DNA from: Macrostomum lignano
Taxonomy: Eukaryota
Direction of reading: 5' to 3'
Assembly: GCA_002269645.1 (NCBI GenBank)
Contig: NIVC01000254.1
Location: 434,001-498,000, forward strand
DNA length: 64,000 bases
The notes under the pieces are model-generated. The model saw nothing but the letters and a program-made list of their open reading frames with translations. It was not told where the DNA came from and made no database searches. Position 1 is the stretch's first letter; each line of letters opens with the position of its first letter. Both the position numbers and the translations under genes were made by a program. Below are positions 57,378-64,000 of the stretch, piece after piece.

Positions 57378-60300
57378 ATGACATTTTGTGAATACTGTAG
57401 TCAGACAGTGCCCGGTGACATATTAGCTCACTACTCAGTGTGCCCAATTATTCCAACTTTATTTTCTGATGAACCATGTCAATTCCAATTAATTAAAGAA
57501 GCATTTTTCGGCCAGACGCGACTCTATCGGCGGATCGTTGCCGGCGATCCCATCGACGCCCTGGAGTCATCCATTGCTTCAGGCACAGAACTCCTGGCAG
57601 ATCTGCGTTCGAAACCAGGCTTTGCCATCAAGGTCCAAATCCGACTCGGCGTGTCTATGCAGCGTTGGGCTGGTGGCAGCTTTGTGGCGCAGAGCACAGC
57701 CTGGTTTGCCAGTGAAACGGCCGAAGTCCTTTCAGATGAGGAAGAAGATTTCTTTGTTCGGGAAATCCCACTTATTTTGGAACGACTGAGCAAATACCTT
57801 CGCAATGGCAGTGGGTGGACAATTGACTCCACTCGCTGCGTAGATCTTTCCATTGTAAGATATCAGTTGCCTCATGGCTCAGGTATAAGTTCCAACCCAT
57901 TTGAACTTCCACCAAAGCTAAAGGCTAAAAAGGCAGTGATCAATGCCTACTCCAGTGGGAACGACTGTCTGAAATATGCCGTTCTGTCTGCATTGCACGC
58001 AGACCGTGTCAGCAGTGAGAAGCCTTTGCGACGCTCCACTTTCCGGGAGTGGGAAGACGAACTCCGTTGGGACAACGTTCCTTTCCCTGCCAACGTGAAT
58101 GACCTGGGTCGAGTGGAAAAGAACAATCCAGGATTGGCTATCTCGGCCTTCAACTGGACTAACGGCCATGCCCAGTGCTTACGCCCAGCCCCAGCAGATC
58201 TCATTCAGGAATGGCGACCTCATCGATTGATCCTGCTTCTATTGGTTACCACTGATGCCGGCAACCATTGGTGTGCTATTGCTAACCTAGATCGTCTAAT
58301 GAACAGTCATGACGCGCATAGATATCGTTGGTGCGATCGCTGTCTAGGCAAGTTCCGGACGGTTGAGTCTCTATCCGTTCATAGACGGCGGTGCATTGGC
58401 CGTAAGGATAGCATGGAGGAGGTGATGCCAAAGGATAAAACACTACGATTCAAGGCATGGCACAAAACACTCTCCCCACCTCATGTCATCTATGCAGATT
58501 TTGAAGCAATGATGTCCCCCATAGACGATGAGCTAGATGGCTGTGTTACCTTTAAGACTGCACACCACCTTCCAGCCGCTGCCGGATTCCTTATTGTCCA
58601 AAGAAGTGACGTAGCTGGGCCTCCACTCTCCAAACGTCCTATGCAGCTGTTTTCAAAGTCGGATGAGTGCATGATGCACTTCCTACAGGCACTGGAGGCT
58701 GTCGCCATTGCAGCATACAAGTGGAATGCGCGACATAGTCATTACCCTGCCAATCGCTCTGTCCAGGAGGAAGAGCAGTTCCAGACTGCCACTCATTGCT
58801 GCTTGTGCGAGAAAGTTCTTGATGACGATCGCCACTTTCATCATGATCATCTCAATGGCAAGTTTTTGGGTGCTGCATGCCCGTCGTGTAATGAGTCAGC
58901 TGTTCTCAAGCGCGACTTTCTTCCAATCTTTTTTCACAATTTCCGAGGTTATGATTCACACTTGTTGTGCAGCACGGTGATCGGTCGTATGAAACATTGG
59001 GAACTAAGTGTCATTGCACAAACAAAGGAGCGTTACATGACTCTAGAGGCCCGTATACCTATTGAGTCGGTCTATGACTCATCTAAAGATCGCTTGGTGC
59101 CAAAATTCATGCGTCTGCGTTTTCTCGACTCTTTCCAATTCATGGCGTCGAGTCTTGCTCAATTAGTGCGCAATCTAACCCCGGTAGACTGTCACTACAC
59201 GATGGAGATGCAGCAGCGATATCCACTCGCCTCCACCGAAGTCCTACTGCGAAAGGGGGTGTTCCCCTATTCCTATGTAACTAGTGATTCGAATTTAGAT
59301 GAGCAACAGCTCCCATCCCAAGAAGCTTTTGCTAACGACTTGAACAATGAGCCTTGCAATGATCAGGACTATGCAACTGCCCAGCGTGCCTGGAGAGAGT
59401 TTGGATGTGAGACACTGCGCGACTACATGCTTGCATACCTAGAAATGGACATTCGCCAGCTCGCCGATGTGTTCGAGGCGTTTCGTCGAATGAGCCTCAC
59501 TTCGGATGGGCTAGACCCAGTGCATTTTATAACGACGCCGGGAATGTCTTTCGAAGCAGCGCTTAAGTACTGTAAATTGGAGCTTGAATTGCTGCAATGT
59601 CCAGAGTTGTACAGCTTATTTGAAGAGGGTACTCGTGGTGGTATGACATTTGTCAACACACACAGAGCCAAAGCCAACCATCCCGGACTCGGTGAGCTGT
59701 ATGATTCGCATCAACCTCAAACCTATCTTATCCCCATCGACGCCAACAACCTCTACGGACACGCCTTGTCCACCAAACTGCCATGGTGTGGGTTCCAAGT
59801 GCTTGACACTGTACCACCAAACAATGAGGTTGAGAGATGGATCAGGGATGAGTTTGACCCAGAGGGCGATGTTGGATACCTGCTAAAGGTTGATCTCCAT
59901 TACCCCCCAGAGTTGCACGACAAGACATCAGACTTGCCCCTTGCTCCAGAGAAGGCGCAGCCTCAATGGGAATGGATGCCGCCGCATCAGCAGCAGCTCT
60001 GGGAACTACTTTCTAGACAGAGGCTCTCTTGCGGAGGATATAATTCAGGAGGCGACAAGTTGATGTTGACATGCTTTGATAAAACCAGCTATGTTGTACA
60101 CGCCAGAATCCTACAGTTTTATCTCCGTCTAGGTCTTAGGCTGCGTACTGTCCACTGCATTGTTCGCTTTCAGCAAGCAGCAGTACTCGAGCCTTACATT
60201 CGACGTAATAGTGAGCGGCGTGCACAAGCCAAAAATGAGTTTGAAAAGGATTATAATAAGCTGCTGAACAACTCTCTGTTTGGAAAGACCATGGAGAACG

Positions 60301-61088
60301 TGCGCAAACGCGTCGACTACCGCCTGGTCAACTCAGCAGAGAAGTTGGAGAAGCTCGCAGCTAAACCTAACTTTGAAGATCAAGAGATATTTAATGAGAA
60401 TCTTGTTCTCGTCCACATGCGCAAGACAACAGTCGAGCTCAACAAACCGGTGTACATCGGACAGTGTGTCCTTGATAACAGCAAACTCATTATGTACAGC
60501 TTGTGGTATGATAAGCTGCTTCCGCTGGTCAATCAGTTACCGTGTGCGAGCCTCAGTCTGCTCGGCGGTGACACTGACTCTTTCTTCCTCCACTTAAAGA
60601 ATGCTGATGGCGAGCGATGGTTTCTGCCTAAACTGTGCGAAATGGAGCTGCTGGACACCTCTAATTATCCCAAGGACCATTGCTTGTATACTTGCGAACG
60701 CAAAGCAAGGTTAGGCTGTGTAAAGGATGAGAGCGATGGTACAGCGAACTTTTATGAGTGGATCCTGTTGCGTCCCAAGCTCTATTCCTTTGCTGCAGTA
60801 AACTCCTCCAAGGACAAGCGTCGTGCTAAGGGTGTGCAGCGATCTGTAGTGCAAAATGAAATCTGCCACGCCGACTACTGCGAAACTTTGATGAAAATGG
60901 AAGAAAAGTCCTGGCTGACGCGTCGTATTGCCAGTGAGCATCATGAGTTGTTCACCACTGCCACCTTGAAACGCGCACTCTCGTTTTGGGAGGACAAGAG
61001 GGCATGGCTCGCGGCAAATCAGAGCCTACCCTACGGCCACTGGCGTCTAGAGGCTGAGAAGCGAAAGCGACCCTGCCCGTTTGACTAG
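57378..61088 (+). CDS. polB: Protein-primed family B DNA polymerase (Polinton type), 1236 aa, intact ORF
   Basis: GSGW motif; ExoI VIYADFE; ExoII FFHNFRGYDSH; RFLDSFQFMASSL; RKGVFPYSY; ExoIII YLEMDIRQLADVFE; pol motifs DANNLYG, KLLNNSLFGK, GDTDS; inserted endonuclease-VII-like module CCLC...HDHLNGKFLGAACPSCN; C-terminal KRKRP. Confidence 0.96.
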   Translation: MTFCEYCSQTVPGDILAHYSVCPIIPTLFSDEPCQFQLIKEAFFGQTRLYRRIVAGDPIDALESSIASGTELLADLRSKPGFAIKVQIRLGVSMQRWAGGSFVAQSTAWFASETAEVLSDEEEDFFVREIPLILERLSKYLRNGSGWTIDSTRCVDLSIVRYQLPHGSGISSNPFELPPKLKAKKAVINAYSSGNDCLKYAVLSALHADRVSSEKPLRRSTFREWEDELRWDNVPFPANVNDLGRVEKNNPGLAISAFNWTNGHAQCLRPAPADLIQEWRPHRLILLLLVTTDAGNHWCAIANLDRLMNSHDAHRYRWCDRCLGKFRTVESLSVHRRRCIGRKDSMEEVMPKDKTLRFKAWHKTLSPPHVIYADFEAMMSPIDDELDGCVTFKTAHHLPAAAGFLIVQRSDVAGPPLSKRPMQLFSKSDECMMHFLQALEAVAIAAYKWNARHSHYPANRSVQEEEQFQTATHCCLCEKVLDDDRHFHHDHLNGKFLGAACPSCNESAVLKRDFLPIFFHNFRGYDSHLLCSTVIGRMKHWELSVIAQTKERYMTLEARIPIESVYDSSKDRLVPKFMRLRFLDSFQFMASSLAQLVRNLTPVDCHYTMEMQQRYPLASTEVLLRKGVFPYSYVTSDSNLDEQQLPSQEAFANDLNNEPCNDQDYATAQRAWREFGCETLRDYMLAYLEMDIRQLADVFEAFRRMSLTSDGLDPVHFITTPGMSFEAALKYCKLELELLQCPELYSLFEEGTRGGMTFVNTHRAKANHPGLGELYDSHQPQTYLIPIDANNLYGHALSTKLPWCGFQVLDTVPPNNEVERWIRDEFDPEGDVGYLLKVDLHYPPELHDKTSDLPLAPEKAQPQWEWMPPHQQQLWELLSRQRLSCGGYNSGGDKLMLTCFDKTSYVVHARILQFYLRLGLRLRTVHCIVRFQQAAVLEPYIRRNSERRAQAKNEFEKDYNKLLNNSLFGKTMENVRKRVDYRLVNSAEKLEKLAAKPNFEDQEIFNENLVLVHMRKTTVELNKPVYIGQCVLDNSKLIMYSLWYDKLLPLVNQLPCASLSLLGGDTDSFFLHLKNADGERWFLPKLCEMELLDTSNYPKDHCLYTCERKARLGCVKDESDGTANFYEWILLRPKLYSFAAVNSSKDKRRAKGVQRSVVQNEICHADYCETLMKMEEKSWLTRRIASEHHELFTTATLKRALSFWEDKRAWLAANQSLPYGHWRLEAEKRKRPCPFD

Positions 61089-61519
61089 ATTTTTCTGAAT
61101 ACGAAACTTGTACCTACCTTGTTTATTGATAATAACGATGATGTTTTGTTTTATTCTGCTGTCTAGATAATAAAAATACCATTGATACCATTTTTTAATA
61201 TAATCAGAATGTTTTGGCCGATAATACTGCCAATGTGTGCGTTGCATTTTTGTACGTTTCATTTGCTGATTTTTAATTACTAACGAGGAATTATGGCACT
61301 TTTTTAATAAACATGAAATGTATATATGTTAGTTTGAGTTGAGGCTGGTAAAAAGAAAATTTTTTTTTATTTATTTTCATAAAGTAAAAAGGGTTTAAAA
61401 CTGTCGATAAAATAATATATAAAACAAACTAAATTCAAATCGAAATACTAGTTTTTGTGTAAAATTAAATCGTGTAAAACAATGTAAAATTTCATGCACT
61501 TAAAAAAGGTTAAAAATCT

Positions 61520-61810
61520 CTATTGAAATACATGTGTTTTATGCAAAAGTATGCAAGTTTTCGTCCAGTGATTAAAAGTATGCAATACGGCGTGAATTTT
61601 TCGACAAAATGCGTCTACTTTCATGCGAGGGTTCGGGTACAAATCCCTATTGAAATACATGTATTTTGTGCACAAGTATGCAAGTTTTCGTGCACAGTGT
61701 TAAAAAGTATGCAAAGTGTTGAGGTTTTTTGTGCACACATTCGGGTAAAAATTCCCATCGAAATGTATGTATTTTGTGCAAACATGCATGCTTTTTCGTG
61801 CACAACAGAG
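61520..61810. repeat. Three degenerate ~110-130-bp direct repeats
   Basis: GAAATACATGT(G/A)TTTT(A/G)TGCA.AAGTATGCAAGTTTTCGT at ~61525 and ~61652; weaker copy at ~61760. Confidence 0.7.
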
Positions 61811-61912
61811 GCTAGAAACGCTAAATCCGCAGAAACTGGTGGGGTGGGCAGTTTTTTTTTTCAAGCCGGGTGTTTGGCATAAGAAAATGATAGGTACTAG
61901 AAATTCGGTAAA

Positions 61913-62080
61913 ATGAAAACGAAAAAGGCAATTTCAAACCTTCTGCCAGGTATTTATTTTGACTGCAGTAGACCGGGCAGCTATGGCGGCTATCAGGCAT
62001 TAAAACGAGAGTTGCACAAACACCACGGACCCAAGTTTAGTGTAGGGCAGGTATGCATATACGATACAAGGACTACTTAA
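61913..62080 (+). pseudogene. Truncated N-terminus of a Polinton retroviral-like integrase (55 codons, not in the ORF track)
   Basis: MKTKKAISNLLPGIYFDCSRPGSYGGYQALKRELHKHHGPKFSVGQV... matches the usual Polinton integrase start (YYDPxxPGS(Y/F)GGxxxLxR). Similarity stops at ~62053; no DDE core follows. Confidence 0.65.
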
Positions 62081-63138
62081 GTATCGTTTATAGAAGGACG
62101 CTGCACTCGCGGTTCGTGTAATTTTTTTTGAAGGCCAATTTTCGCCGAAAAATACATTAACGAGATACAAAAAATTCACGATTTTCATCTTCAATGGCTT
62201 GCTCAGACTGACTACAACCCTGCTGAAAAGAAAAAACTGCTGAAACTTATCAAAAAGACCTAGTGTATTCGCTCCTCTATTGTATTTCGCCAAGTTAGTG
62301 TCCTTGACACGTTTACTTTTAAATACTTCGTATTTTTTCGAGGGTTTTCAATTCTGTAATGTTAAATGTTAAAGGTTGGATTAAAGTGTTAGTTTCTCTC
62401 AATAATCAGTAGTTTCTTTAGCATTCTATGATGACTGCTTTCTATGTCTTTATTTTTTTGGTAAATTTAAATTAGCTATAGACATTCTATATTAAATGTT
62501 AGTCTATACCCTGGCTATGCCTGATATATAATAATATCTAGGGCCTACTATGCTTTTTTAGCATGTTCTACAAAAATGTTGTGTAGAAAGGACCTACTGA
62601 TTAGTTTATGAGTAGATCGTTATAAAGTATTATTCTTAATTTGAAGGTAGATAGATATTAGATACTTGCATATTGTATAGAAGGTACTAATTTTACTATT
62701 CTGTCAAATATCTGTAGATTAGGCTTCTTAAACGGTTCTACTGGATACAAAAGTTCTATTTTCAGACTTGTCTTGAAACTTTATATTTTATTTAAATGAT
62801 AGGCCTAACAACATATTGAATTTATTTCTGCTGTTTGGAGAGCAGTTTTTTAACCTAGTCTAGTTTAATGGAACCAAGATATATTCAATACTCAGGCCTT
62901 GCATTGAATTTAAAATATAAATATTTATATATAGAAAGTGATTCTAAAGGAAAATGCGTATAATAGACTTTAGAAGACAAATTTTCAACTTTAGTAATAC
63001 TATTGAAGTGATTTAGTATAGAATTGATTATATTGGCCTGTTGGGATAAAAGCAATACAGTATTGTAGCAATTTTTTTACTAGATATAATGTATAGAAGC
63101 TGTATATATTTCTTTTTGTTAGCTTCAGAATTTCTGCA

Positions 63139-64000
63139 ATGCCAATGAAATGCTGTCTTCCAAAGTGTACAAGTAACTACAAATCTGGTGAGAAGGTGAC
63201 AGTGTATAGCTTTCCAAAGGATAAAGAAGACTACAGCATGTGGATCCGAGCTTTGCCACCAAATGTTAAGGTATGGTGCTATTGCTGCTATTGCATATTC
63301 TTGTCTTGCTTAATTCACATGCTAATGGAACATTAGTACAATATGATATAATACTTACTGTTTTAGAGTCCATCTAAATACATGGGCATTTGCCAAAAAC
63401 ATTGGCCAACAAATGCACCAATGTTAAAGGTCAAGCGATTCATGCGCCCTATGGACCCACCAAGTGTATTCCCAAATCTTCCAACAGGCTCTCTTCGCCT
63501 GACTGAGCCAAGTAAGTATATCTCATAGCAAGGTTAAATATTACAGTTTGTACCAAATGATAGGCTTTCTATAATATTTTACTTAATTAAGTTTTTGTCT
63601 GATTTCATACCTTACATATTATTATTCTTACTTCAGAGCACTCTAGAGATGTTCAACGCCGCGGTATTCTGTTAAACCAGCGGGCTCAAATTGCTGATGA
63701 AATGGACTCATTCAATGAGACTGATCGGATTCACTCATGGAGTTCCTTTGTTGAGAAATCTGCCACCCTTGACTTCGTTGCAAATGAGTGGATAGTGCAG
63801 CGTGACGAATCATGTGTGCGATTTGTCCTTCTTTGGGAACTAAGAGTTGAATGCTCAATTTCAGTCATGTCCGACTTTTCTGTTATTGCAAATCGTCATA
63901 ACACCCCAGTGTCAGTGTCTGAGCTGCTGGGTTTTCAACATCGACTTGAGCGCTACAGCCAATTGGAAGCAGTACAAAATAAAGTTCGACAAGCTGAAGT
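63139..64000 (+). CDS. THAP-domain protein, probably a P-element-like transposase (5' part, runs off window)
   Basis: Exons 63139-63270 (MPMKCCLPKCTSNY...YSFPKD...WIRAL), 63367-63511 (ICQKHWP...PPSVFP), 63637-end (open). In-phase GT-AG junctions; C2CH THAP signature. Confidence 0.85.

Larger units (their letters stand above)
56287..62080 (+). mobile_element. Polinton/Maverick (adintovirus-like) element, left part
   Basis: Starts AGTAGTAGGAAAG exactly where a host minisatellite is interrupted. GC-rich terminal region with 39-bp repeats, then pPolB and an integrase N-terminal stub. Right boundary unknown. Confidence 0.8.

Noticed and set aside
62077-62082. Kolobok boundary (TTAA) for the THAP element
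   Set aside because: TTAA is followed by GT, not the RR start typical of Kolobok, and no partner end is visible.

Overview
Eukaryotic (metazoan) genomic DNA with GC-rich exons, AT-rich spacers and a different minisatellite in almost every intron. This style is compatible with a repeat-rich invertebrate such as a Macrostomum-type flatworm (inference). No rRNA, tRNA or CRISPR array is supportable. Host genes rebuilt by hand from GT-AG junctions: U2AF1 (4 coding exons, minus), POFUT1 (3 exons, minus, ends HDEL), the 3' two-thirds of OPLAH (10 exons, minus), a tandem pair of Pro-rich genes sharing Tyr motifs (plus), and a 2-exon orphan nested in an OPLAH intron. Mobile DNA: (i) a 6.6-kb hAT transposon (8797-15391; 14-bp TIRs, 8-bp TSD) in U2AF1 intron 2, whose decayed gene joins a signal peptide plus lamin-tail-like domain to a ZNF862/KIAA1586-type transposase, and whose 5' end is itself a complete ~287-bp MITE-like unit; (ii) several hAT MITEs, some nested three deep with a long-TIR element; (iii) a Polinton/Maverick-type element starting at 56287 (AGTAGT) with an intact 1236-aa protein-primed PolB, a truncated integrase and a following THAP gene; (iv) a GC-rich block 1-6344 ending in ACTACT, probably the right end of a second Polinton-like element, with an orphan 449-aa ORF, divergent TATA promoters and a dense bZIP-site enhancer. 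Best candidates for undescribed biology are the secretory-domain hAT transposase with its built-in MITE and the promoter-rich terminal module at 1-6344.
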